A DNA stretch of 47,115 nt from Octopus bimaculoides (Eukaryota). Location: positions 2,639,548-2,686,662 of the forward strand of contig NC_068983.1 of NCBI RefSeq assembly GCF_001194135.2, read 5' to 3'. Shown piece by piece: positions 1 to 10,782 of this stretch (position 1 is the stretch's first letter; each line of letters opens with the position of its first letter). Below the pieces are notes generated by a model that saw only the letters and a list, made by a program, of their open reading frames with translations, was not told the DNA's origin and ran no database searches. The position numbers and the translations under genes were made by a program.

Positions 1-317
1 TATATATATATATATATACATAATATATATATATATGTGTGTATATGTGTGTGTGTATGCATATATATATATAACGAAATATTAGCGCCAAGCAGTGTTT
101 AGGCATAATCAAAATTTAGGCTAATTAAAATATGTTTGTGACATATTTCAACTGCTCAAAGGCAAATTGACTCCAGTTACTCTTATGGTCAAAAGGTTTG
201 ACGCACACCGAACAAACCGGGTGTTTTCATACCTTTTTCTATCATAAGAGAAACATATTTTCTACGGTAATAAGTTTGCCTGGTGTGGGTTTGGCGGGGA
301 GTAAATTATAATCGCAA

Positions 318-558
318 AAATAAGAAGACAAAGAAATTCCTTAACACATCTTTAATGAGTCGTTACAATTGTTTCTGTAGCAATCCTTCTTGGAACGTCA
401 GTTAATACAGAATTCGAACTGAAAATTTAAAACCGCAAACATTAGGTAAATTTTCACTTGGAATTTTTCGTAAACTGGCGTTGCAAGAAAGATTGCTACA
501 GAAACAATTGTAACGAAACATTAAAGATGCGTTAAAAGATTTCTTTGTCTTGTTATTT
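318..558. repeat. Inverted repeat: two 86-bp arms (318-403, 473-558) around a 69-bp spacer; each arm has a hammerhead-like motif
   Basis: Manual alignment of the reverse complement of 318-403 to 473-558 gives about 10 mismatches in 86 bp. Shared core: aactg(a/g)cgtt(c/g)caagaa(g/a)gattgctacagaaacaattgtaacg. Confidence 0.85.
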
Positions 559-1959
559 GAATTATATATATATNNNNNNNNNNNNNNNNNNNNNNNNNNN
601 NNNNNNNNNNNNNNNNNNNNNNNNNNNNNNNNNNNNNNNNNNNNNNNNNNNNNNNNNNNNNNNNNNNNNNNNNNNNNNNNNNNNNNNNNNNNNNNNNNNN
701 NNNNNNNNNNNNNNNNNNNNNNNNNNNNNNNNNNNNNNNNNNNNNNNNNNNNNNNNNNNNNNNNNNNNNNNNNNNNNNNNNNNNNNNNNNNNNNNNNNNN
801 NNNNNNNNNNNNNNNNNNNNNNNNNNNNNNNNNNNNNNNNNNNNNNNNNNNNNNNNNNNNNNNNNNNNNNNNNNNNNNNNNNNNNNNNNNNNNNNNNNNN
901 NNNNNNNNNNNNNNNNNNNNNNNNNNNNNNNNNNNNNNNNNNNNNNNNNNNNNNNNNNNNNNNNNNNNNNNNNNNNNNNNNNNNNNNNNNNNNNNNNNNN
1001 NNNNNNNNNNNNNNNNNNNNNNNNNNNNNNNNNNNNNNNNNNNNNNNNNNNNNNNNNNNNNNNNNNNNNNNNNNNNNNNNNNNNNNNNTATATATACCTA
1101 GAGACGCACACGCACACACAGACACGTACACACACACATGTATATACGCTTCGTTTTGTGTTTTGCAAATTAATATTTATAAGTCTAAAAAATTAAACGT
1201 ACTGCTATTATTTACGATCAACCAACGCCATTATTATTGTTCGCCCCTCAAAAATATATATCTATTATGCTTTTTCAATGTAATATACGACAATAATTAT
1301 TCATGTAATACATCATCGTTGTTGTCCTTATTGTTGTCAATATGACCGGGCTAAATGTTATTGTATTGTGAACAATAGTACAGTTAGCTTTATTGTTGTT
1401 GCTTTCGTTGTTATTGTTGTTACAGCGAATTTAATTAATTTCCTTTTGTTTAACTCCTCCAGCGTTTCACAGCGACTCTCTTCGTTCTGAACTCGCTTCA
1501 TTTCTTTCAGTAACGTCTCTTTGTCGTTGGACTTGTTTAAACTAAATAACACACAACTTATTACAAATAGCAATATTCTTTCTACCAATCGTTCTCTCTG
1601 TTCTCTCTCCCCTTCTCTCTGTCTTCATACGTTCATAGAAACACGCAACCATACACATGCATGCATAACACATACATAAACACTCACACACACACATATG
1701 CATTTATGTATGTAGGTATGTATATATGCGTGGTTTAGTGATTGCTGTTATATACTTCATATATACACACACAAAAAACAAAAAAGACGGAAAGCTGGGT
1801 TTTTGTGGTTCAAATACATGCCATTGGTCAGTCTGAATTATCTCCCTTAGCTTGTTTTATGCCGTGGTCAGTTTTGCTTTGCTCTTCATATTCCAGGGTC
1901 GATAGGAGATACTCATAGTCAAGTACTGGGGTCGAAAGAAATGGCTTTGTATCAAAATC

Positions 1960-1970
1960 TATAACCAAAT

Positions 1971-2048
<78 letters not shown>

Positions 2049-2060
2049 GTGTGTGTGTGC
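1960..2060. repeat. (TG)n microsatellite, representative of many simple repeats in the window
   Basis: Directly visible. Other examples: (TTA)n 3526-3596 and 4450-4556, (CTA)n 9634-9705, (CT)n 23430-23520, (TAG)n 24121-24190, (AGGT)n 27190-27275, and several (TATG)n tracts. Confidence 0.98.
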
Positions 2061-2117
2061 ACATCTATATGTGTCTGTATGTGAAACAGAACAAATAGGT
2101 CGAGGGGAATAAAAGAT

Positions 2118-2335
2118 AAGGTGGCGGGCTGGCAGAAACGTTAGCACGTCGGGCGAAATGCTTAGCGGTATTTCGTCTGTCTACATTCTGAGTTCCAATT
2201 CCGCCGAGGTCAACTTTGCCTTTCATCCTTTCGGGGTCGATAAATTAAGTACTAGTTGCGTATTGGGGACGATCTAATTGACTGGGCCCCTCCCCACAAA
2301 AAAAAATTTCGGGCCTTGTGCCTAGAGTACAAAAG
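2118..2335 (+). mobile_element. tRNA-derived SINE, family A, full length
   Basis: Head ggcgggctggcagaaacgttagc (A-box-like) and gagttccaattcc (B-box-like); body gcctttcatcctttcggggtcgataaattaagtac; tail ggccttgtgcctagagta. About ten related copies occur in the window. Possible short TSD aaaagata. Confidence 0.9.
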
Positions 2336-3309
2336 AAAAGATAGGCAGATAGACGATGTGAGAGTTTACAAGAAGCAGCCAAAAATTCGAAAAATTATGC
2401 TCAAAATGTAACGACACAAAAATGTGCAGTATCAGTTGTGGACAGTGGACAGTGGACAGTTGACAGTACACCGACATAAAAGAAAGGAAGACAGAAAGAA
2501 ATATTAAGAGAAAAGAAGTGAAGTGACGTTCCAGGCTAACTCCTTTATCAAGGTTGAGTAAAAATTAAAATAAAGTTAAAGAAACGATACCTGTTTGAAG
2601 CGCGTGTGACTCTTTTATTGTTACACTTTGCAGAATGTGCGTTTAACGGTCAAACAGAAAAGAGAGAAGCAGACTTCCAATAACCCAACGTAAATAGTTT
2701 TACAATTTTATATTCTGTTATACACCGAGTTAATCATTGTCCGTTCGTGATGACCAGCTAAGGGATTAACTCTTCTCTGTCAGTTCTTTAATTTACTTGT
2801 AATTTAACACTTCGTCATCTCACATATATTTCTCTATTCCGAATCCAACAACATCGTCTAAACAACTATTTATTTCCTTGAATTTACATTTAATTCCTGG
2901 CATTTTCCACCTGTACGCATGATTTGTCATTTCTTTGCTCTGCCCATGTTTATGGTTTGTAAATATTTTATACAACTTGTCTTTCACATTGCTGACATTA
3001 ATAAAACCAATTTGATCCGATTGATCATTTTTGTATATTTCTTTCTTTCTTTTCTTTCTTTTTTTTTCTTTATTTTTTCATTCTTCCCAAACGGTTTCTT
3101 CATATTCACAATTTCTTCTTTCTTTAATCATATTCCTCACGCTGTTATTTTCTCTCTCGTTTCTACACAACACCCACAGCTCATTACTCTTATTCATTAC
3201 AATTCACCGCCCTCGACACCACATCATCTTCTTCTTCTTCTTCTTCTTCTTCTTTCGCTGTTGCTGCTGCTGCTATTATCTTGTTATTACTATTAATATG
3301 CAAACAGAC

Positions 3310-3480
3310 TTCTGATTCTTCAGCGCGTCGAAGAAAATTACAAACGCCATTTCTTCTGGTTATTTACGTTCCGCGTTCAAATTCTGTCGTGGCCACATTT
3401 GTCTTTTATCATTTAAGGGCCGATAAAATACGCACCAGTTGAGCACTGCGGTCAATGAACACGATTCCCCTCAAAATCGT
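3310..3480 (+). mobile_element. Degenerate family A SINE
   Basis: ttacgttccgcgttcaaattc ... gataaaatacgcaccagttgagcactgcggtc matches the body of the 2118 copy. Confidence 0.6.
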
Positions 3481-3532
3481 TTAAGTTACACCTCCCCTCA
3501 AGCCATTGACATTGTGCCAAAATTATTATTAC

Positions 3533-3596
<64 letters not shown>

Positions 3597-3599
<3 letters not shown>

Positions 3600-3817
3600 T
3601 AGTTTTATTTTTATAGCGTGCTTTCACTTCACTACCGAGTGCAGCTCTGTGTGCCTTGGGCACGTGCTGTGGTTTGTTGTGATGCTCTTATGGTTACTGT
3701 ATTGAAAGTGTTTTGCGTAGGATGTGTGCAGTACCCAGTAGTGCAATTTTTTGTATGTTATATATATTTGTAAGTCCTGATGTTTTTGTTATGTATTTGT
3801 CTGAATATTTTTTTATT
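3597..3817 (-). mobile_element. 3' end of an R4/Dong-like RLE LINE followed by a (TAA)n tract
   Basis: Minus-strand translation KYITKTSGLTNIYNIQKIALLGTAHILRKTLSIQ* matches the LQKxxLLGTAHILR C-terminus typical of RLE LINEs. About 100 bp of 3' UTR follows, then (TAA)n. The 5' side is lost in a gap. Confidence 0.8.
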
Positions 3818-4445
3818 NNNNNNNNNNNNNNNNNNNNNNNNNNNNNNNNNNNNNNNNNNNNNNNNNNNNNNNNNNNNNNNNNNNNNNNNNNNNNNNNNNN
3901 NNNNNNNNNNNNNNNNNNNNNNNNNNNNNNNNNNNNNNNNNNNNNNNNNNNNNNNNNNNNNNNNNNNNNNNNNNNNNNNNNNNNNNNNNNNNNNNNNNNN
4001 NNNNNNNNNNNNNNNNNNNNNNNNNNNNNNNNNNNNNNNNNNNNNNNNNNNNNNNNNNNNNNNNNNNNNNNNNNNNNNNNNNNNNNNNNNNNNNNNNNNN
4101 NNNNNNNNNNNNNNNNNNNNNNNNNNNNNNNNNNNNNNNNNNNNNNNNNNNNNNNNNNNNNNNNNNNNNNNNNNNNNNNNNNNNNNNNNNNNNNNNNNNN
4201 NNNNNNNNNNNNNNNNNNNNNNNNNNNNNNNNNNNNNNNNNNNNNNNNNNNNNNNNNNNNNNNNNNNNNNNNNNNNNNNNNNNNNNNNNNNNNNNNNNNN
4301 NNNNNNNNNNNNNNNNNNNNNNNNNNNNNNNNNNNNNNNNNNNNNNNNNNNNNNNNNNNNNNNNNNNNNNNNNNNNNNNNNNNNNNNNNNNNNNNNNNNN
4401 NCAAGATGTCGAAATATCGTTCACTAGATAACAATGGTACTCTTC

Positions 4446-4555
<110 letters not shown>

Positions 4556-4556
4556 T

Positions 4557-5062
4557 ATGGTTTCCTTTCATTATAACTTTATTTCAGCTGCCTTAGTTCC
4601 GGGTATCCTCCGGAGGCCAAGAATAGTAAGTGCATTGTTGTTTTGCTGTGTGTGCTAAAATTATCACCACATTTATTTCATTTTAGATGGAGAGTGCTTT
4701 CTATAGTATATTGGGCTGTATCCATCAAGGTTATCTTTTGTAGTTCACGAAGATCAGAGTTACCTGAGAGTTGCTTAATATGCTTCTCAGCTCCCTTATT
4801 TATCATTCCCAACCCACCAATTATTACTGGTGTTATCGTAGTACTAAGCTTCCACATTTTTCTGATTTTAATTTGTAGATCTTTATAGTGAGAAAGCTTT
4901 TCGCATTCTTCTCTTGAGAAATTTTGATGTTGTGGAACAGACATATCTATCAACAAACAAGTTTCTCTGTTGTAGTCCTCGATCACAATGTCTGGTCGAT
5001 TGGAGTCAATTTTTCTGTCTATTTCCTGATATTACCCTCAGTGATAAAGGCATACCTGCTAT
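4557..5062 (-). mobile_element. R4/Dong-like RLE LINE endonuclease remnant with a (TAA)n tract
   Basis: ORF 4678-4986: (RPDIV)IEDYNRETCLLIDMSVP..EKLSHYKDLQIKIRKMWKLSTTITPVIIGGLG..ELQKITLMDTA, a PD-(D/E)xK restriction-like endonuclease domain. It abuts (TAA)n at 4450-4556. Confidence 0.85.
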
Positions 5063-5096
5063 ATGAAGGATATGTATATATATATATATATATATT

Positions 5097-5155
5097 TAAA
5101 GGCGGTGCTCCAGCATGGCCACAGTCAAATGACTGAAACAAGTAAAAGAGTATAT
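5097..5155 (+). mobile_element. Orphan 3' tail of family B SINE
   Basis: aaaggcggtgctccagcatggccacagtcaaatgactgaaacaagtaaaagag matches the tail of the full copy at 24719-25128. Confidence 0.85.
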
Positions 5156-5443
5156 NNNNNNNNNNNNNNNNNNNNNNNNNNNNNNNNNNNNNNNNNNNNN
5201 NNNNNNNNNNNNNNNNNNNNNNNNNNNNNNNNNNNNNNNNNNNNNNNNNNNNNNNNNNNNNNNNNNNNNNNNNNNNNNNNNNNNNNNNNNNNNNNNNNNN
5301 NNNNNNNNNNNNNNNNNNNNNNNNNNNNNNNNNNNNNNNNNNNNNNNNNNNNNNNNNNNNNNNNNNNNNNNNNNNNNNNNNNNNNNNNNNNNNNNNNNAT
5401 ATATATATATATATATATATAGTTAATTATTCATTTACTTTAC

Positions 5444-5578
5444 CTGGTACCAGAATTTGCTGAGAGATCAAATTTTTCTTCGGATATTTTTGCACAACAC
5501 TAACTACCGGAATAGCAGCTTGATATGATCCAAACTTTACTTGGATAATTTCAATAAAACTTCTATTTAAAGTGCTAT
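5444..5578 (-). CDS. Probable internal coding exon (135 nt, phase 1/1); weak resemblance to beta-1,4-N-acetylgalactosaminyltransferases (B4GALNT1/2, GT12)
   Basis: Branch-like CTAAT about 25 nt upstream of acceptor tgttgtgtttggcag|; donor CAG|GTAAAG. The frame is open end to end: (D)STLNRSFIEIIQVKFGSYQAAIPVVSVVQKYPKKNLISQQILVP(G). The family resemblance is from recalled sequences only. Confidence 0.55.
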
Positions 5579-6108
5579 CTGCCAAACACAACAGTGCTAA
5601 TTAGATGTTAAAACAGATAATAATTAAATTGATTAAAAGAGTTGAAAACTACGTTTTTTCCTCTGACGTTTTCAATTCGTGAAAGCCAAACAAAGGAGTT
5701 TTTATCGATTTTGAAGAACAAAACAAAACACCGTTGTTTACATTGATCACACGCTTAAATACGAGAAAATAATTTGATAAAAAAAAATCTCCACAGGTTT
5801 CCAAAAGACTTATGAAATTTTAATTAAAAGTTAATGAAAAATAATTGGAATTGTGTTAAAAATATTGATCAAATAGAATCAGCTCCGCATAATTGATTGT
5901 AAAATGGTGCGTTGTTCGATATCGATATCATGCAAAATGGTTTGTGTCAATTGTAATGTTTAAATACAACTTCAAATTCTGTTATATAAATTGTTATTTA
6001 AAAATCATTCTTCGGACTATTTACTGATTTTTCTTTCGATATATACATACATTTCATATGTATAAAATATCTGTATGAACATGTAAATATGTTTTATATA
6101 TATATACA

Positions 6109-6182
<74 letters not shown>

Positions 6183-6569
6183 CTGTTGTGTCTGGGGAGA
6201 GTCATTCTCTTTTAGTGCCTTCTAATTTTTATACACTCACCTAGATACAACAGAATATGCTTCAACACACGAACTCACATAAAGAATCTTGCAAACCAAA
6301 TCCCCAAGTGAAATATATATATATATGTTATCTTTCTAGAGCACTACATGTCTTCGATATAACACTGAGCCTTCTCAGAAGAGACAACAGTCGTAACATC
6401 TAGCCATATAGTAAGAAGGCAATAAGCACGAATATGCTCACTGCACATAAATTTCATTCTAATTGCGGATAATTACAATAAACAGCTCGAAACCTCTCTT
6501 TCGTTTTTCTTCTGCTCTCTCTCCCTCTCCCTCTCACACACACACACGCACGCGCACACACATACGCTA

Positions 6570-6621
<52 letters not shown>

Positions 6622-6849
6622 GGCTTGGTATCCAGAAGACCCAAGATGGCAGGTAAGGCTATGTAAGTGCTACGGAAGGACGGCTATTAGACTCCCGGTT
6701 CGATAGTAGTATGAGTGAGGAATCTAATGCGGTCGTGTGTGAGCGTGTATTTGTTAAATAACTTGAGACAACGAAACCAAGGTAGTGTGTGTGTGTATGT
6801 GTCTGTATGTGCGTGGGGTTGTGTGTGTGTGGAGGCATACATTTTGAAT

Positions 6850-7130
6850 AACAGAATATGAACTCCTATCAGAATTTACATACCATGGACAAGAAGTCTT
6901 TTTACCCATTCTACACAAAACATTCCTTGGATAATGGAACTTTAATATCCGACATATTTTTTTTAGTTGCCCATCCTTGTATTCTTATATCTCCTCCCCC
7001 ACTTTCCAAGATAACTTATTTTATTGAACTCTACTATTTCCTTCTACTTAACTCTCTATCGTCTCTGATGATGGGATATCTTTTTTATATCCCTCAAACA
7101 GCTGTAAGACTACCTTTCTCATTATAAATG
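6850..7130 (+). mobile_element. Possible very degraded Penelope-like reverse transcriptase fragment
   Basis: Frameshifted traces of LYTNIP-like (ttctacacaaaacattcc) and LIELxLxLNSFSF-like (FIELYYFLLLNSLSS) segments. Confidence 0.25.
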
Positions 7131-7963
7131 TCCTAGAAATGTCACACTGCATTAGCTTTTATTCAGCACAAACACGCACACACACACACAAATACACACA
7201 CACATATACATATATATATATACACATATATATATACGCACGCACACACACAGAAACGCACATATACCTCCACACACACAACACACACAAACAAAACGCA
7301 CATACACGCACACAAATACATGCACACACATACATACACTTCCACACTCACTCATATGCACATACACACTCATCCCCACACGAACACACACGCATACACA
7401 CATTCCTAGTCTACACACACATGCCAGCACACACACAGCCACACCCACCCATTCACACACTCTTCACCCTGCCTCACAAACGCACTTCTACTGCCCCAGC
7501 TACTTCTGACCATCCCATCCATGCACATGTGCAAAAATACACGACCACCCATACATACACCTGTCACCATAGCTCCTGGCCTCTCACTATGACATTATGT
7601 GGGTGACCTGTGTCACCCACATAAACACATGTAAACACTTAATACCCCACACACACACATACACAGTTAGTACCACACGCACACATGCTACCATGCCACC
7701 ATCACCACACGCACACACACACTCAGTTACTGCCACACACATACACAGTTACTGTCACACACACACGCTATCACACATGCCACCGCACACACATGCGCAC
7801 ACATCCACACATACGCACAGATACCAACCATTCTTCACACTACCCTGTCCCAGAAAGAACTTTCTCTTTGTCCATCTACTTCTGGCCATTCCAAGGTAGA
7901 TGAACTCGAAGTTAGATGAACAAAAAGCAAATAAGTAACAATGATGTCCAGATATGAATGAAT

Positions 7964-8040
7964 TACGGCCGTTTCAAGCGGCTCCATTTAATCGATCAAT
8001 GAAAAGATTACATCAATTTGAAAGAAACCGCTCTCCTCAG
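7964..8040 (-). ncRNA. Minimal type I hammerhead-ribozyme-like motif
   Basis: Minus strand reads CUGAGGA - gagcgg (46-nt loop) ccgcuu - GAAA - CGGCCG - UA. This gives an intact core, a 6-bp stem II, a palindromic ACGGCCGU stem III and a GUA cleavage triplet. Stem I does not pair locally. Confidence 0.6.
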
Positions 8041-8469
8041 TTGTAGATGATCATACAGATTTCCAACTTAAAAGATAAACTTTTTTTAGCAACATTTATA
8101 TCAGTACAAGAAACCAAAATAATTACATTGTTTCCTTATGGCGTACTCTAATTTAGAGAGTAGCAGAGGAAAATAGTGGGGGTCAAAATATAGGAGTGGG
8201 GGTTGAGATATAGGAGTGGTGAGATAGTTATTTATATTGATTTATATTTTATTCATAAAATGTTATGCAGCATATAGTGTACAGCTATTTAGAATTAAAT
8301 CCATTGGGAGTTGTCCGCTAAGTTCCAGTTGATAGGGGTAAATTAATTAATGTCAGACAACCTCCCAGACTCTTATTTTACTGAAACCATATATCTAGCT
8401 TTATCTACATAAAAGGATATTTCTCAGACCTACTTACTCATAATATTTATGAATCGCGAGTTACATTAA

Positions 8470-8806
8470 TGTAGCTGACCTGACGAAGCATTCGCATAGT
8501 AATGGAAGCAAACTCGAAATTCAAAGATATTATGAATAATTTTTAATAACATCTTATGAATATGAAAGCGTCCTCACAAATGAACATGCGTGATGTAGAA
8601 ACCTATGTCGTGATACATTAAGAAATTTCCATCCACAGGTCATTATCGTTATTATTATATTTATCTTAAGCTGAAAGGAGTTCCGCATGTTTAACCTTCC
8701 CATAGGATTACACTGGAAGATAGGATTAACAGGTGGTAGCCTACAACAAGAAGCATAGAAGGTTCTATGAGCAGTCTGAGGTATTTGTCCAAACCAAATT
8801 AAACAG

Positions 8807-8866
<60 letters not shown>

Positions 8867-9360
8867 TTCCACAAGGAAACATTTTTCTGCTATACATAAA
8901 TATAAGCTCTTCAGTATCAATAATATTAAAGTTAGCTACACTTGCATTGGAGGGAACGCCTTCCAACTATGCCCTTCTAATCAAAAATATTATAGATCGA
9001 ATCCCATTCTGAACCAGTCTGCAATAAGATGCATATTTTCAGAAAATGTAATTTCCTTAGATTGTAACCAGGAAAACTAGAGGCGAAACCATAAAAGAAC
9101 ACTATAAAGTATATTCCAAAGAGATATGCACAAAATTCTTTTAAGTCCAAGAAGTGGGATGAATTCTATTTCTCTCTATATGTGCATGCTTGGTAATTGA
9201 AGAATATTAGATTTGATGACATTCTTCTAAGCTTCTGTAGTTTTGAAGCTGCGAAACCATATTTCATCTGATCAAACATTCCAATTAAAAAGTTGCCAAA
9301 TGTCTACGAAAGAATTTCCAATTAAACAATTGCACATCCAACTGCGAAATGTATTCACCA
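8470..9360 (+). mobile_element. Degraded Penelope-like retroelement (RT-EN linker and GIY-YIG region), interrupted by (TA)n
   Basis: RKHFSAIHKYKLFSINNIKVSYTC at about 8875-8945 matches the PLE linker KHFPxxHKLxKIFNxNxIKVSYSC. Downstream fragments FQKRYA..SFKSKK, AKPY and KSCQM follow GIY-YIG domain order. Confidence 0.65.
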
Positions 9361-9633
9361 TTGGTCTCAGGTGCTTGTAGCACCAGCATAGCAGAAATTG
9401 TTCTGTCTATATCACAACTGTGTTTACTTGATGACCAGTACCCCCACCCCTACCCAACTTGAGACTAACATTAGCATGTCCATTCTACAGAGGTACACAC
9501 CTGGTCATCGTGAGGCTACCAGACCTTTATTGCCGAGTCATCTAACCGTTACACTTCACCACAAACATTTCCAACCTTCCTTTCTTCATTATTTCTTTAC
9601 TTCGAGTCTCATGCTTAGAAGATCTCAATTGTG

Positions 9634-9704
<71 letters not shown>

Positions 9705-10332
9705 AGGTACGCGTGTACATTGAATACGCTTTATTCCATTTGTATACACACACATAAGCATATGCATGTGCCTATAGGGTACAACTATACGTGCGTCCTC
9801 TCCTGGAAATAATTCAGTATCTACGCTTCAAAAAGCACTAAGATATATGTGTATATGAATCTATCTATCTATTTATCTATCCTTCTCTCTCTTTCTCTCT
9901 TTTTATCTGTCCCCCCCTCTCTCTCTCTCTCTCTCTCATTCTGTATATATATATATATATANNNNNNNNNNNNNNNNNNNNNNNNNNNNNNNATATAGTA
10001 CGCCGAAGGTTTCCATTCATGGCACATCCTAATTGTATGTTTCTATAAGAATGTTTAAACTTATAAATAAATAAATGTTGATATTTTTGTTATATATGAT
10101 TCATCGCGTTTATGAATATATAGTACGTGCTCTTATGTACAGTTAACAGGATAGATATGCGGATACCAAAGAAATGCTCTTTTTTTAAATCTAACACAGA
10201 ATTGAAAATGTAAAGCAAAATTCAGTTGAAATTATTTATATGGAGAAACGAAATCCATATGATATTTTCTTTTCGTTTTTACGTGTGCGAGAAGAAAGTC
10301 GTTTCCAATGATAGTAGCGGCGACTGTAACTG

Positions 10333-10782
10333 CTACACCAAGTAGGAGTAATAGTAGGAACTGTCGTACAATGAATACACTAAAATAAAGGCACAAGTTA
10401 CGCAGAAGAGAAACAAAAATAACAAAATATGACTTCGTCTATTGCTGTTGGCGAAATATGAACTGAGAGGGAAATCTGACACGTTTCCACTCATTAGCTG
10501 ATGGCCATATGCATCTGGCAGTACTTGGGACCATCCTAAAGGGTTGCTGACGTTGATGAATAAATAGTTGTTACCACCGCCTTTCACAGACTTCCGTGAA
10601 AATTTATGGGAAGGAGTTTCAAAGTCCAACGGCGTTAGTTCATCTTTTTCAACAACTACAGCGGGTGAAAACTGTCTGCGGGTGACATTGTCATCTAACT
10701 GTTTGAAAGGTTTAATTTTTCGGGTAAATTCGTAATTTTCAAAGCTAACTGGATCCATGTTGTCAAAACTTTTTTTCTCCAT
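10333..10782 (-). CDS. Orphan 149-aa ORF, predicted single-pass membrane protein
   Basis: Longest non-repetitive, gap-free ORF in the window. ATG lies about 30 nt downstream of a possible acceptor (atctgtag|). Hydrophilic N-terminus, then RRS plus hydrophobic HILLFLFLFCVTCAFILVYSLY and a Tyr-rich tail. No family recognised. Confidence 0.45.
   Translation of the reverse strand: MEKKSFDNMDPVSFENYEFTRKIKPFKQLDDNVTRRQFSPAVVVEKDELTPLDFETPSHKFSRKSVKGGGNNYLFINVSNPLGWSQVLPDAYGHQLMSGNVSDFPLSSYFANSNRRSHILLFLFLFCVTCAFILVYSLYDSSYYYSYLV

Noticed and set aside
521-1345. Long ORFs of 180-370 aa here and at 3694-4576, 13684-14810, 37591-38575 and 40388-41541
   Set aside because: They are open only because they cross N gaps.
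1828-1965. Protein-like frame LVIDFDTKPFLSTPVLDYEY..
   Set aside because: It lies in a degenerate family A SINE fragment (cgaccccagtacttgac).
6241-6290. Minus-strand mini-exon with perfect donor ag|gtgagt
   Set aside because: It appears to be part of an interspersed repeat, and its only open frame is phase-incompatible with the 5444-5578 exon.
7139-7903. His/Thr-rich or Cys/Val-rich ORFs, also poly-Leu/Ile/Met ORFs elsewhere
   Set aside because: Translations of (CA)n, (TG)n, (TATG)n and trinucleotide microsatellites.
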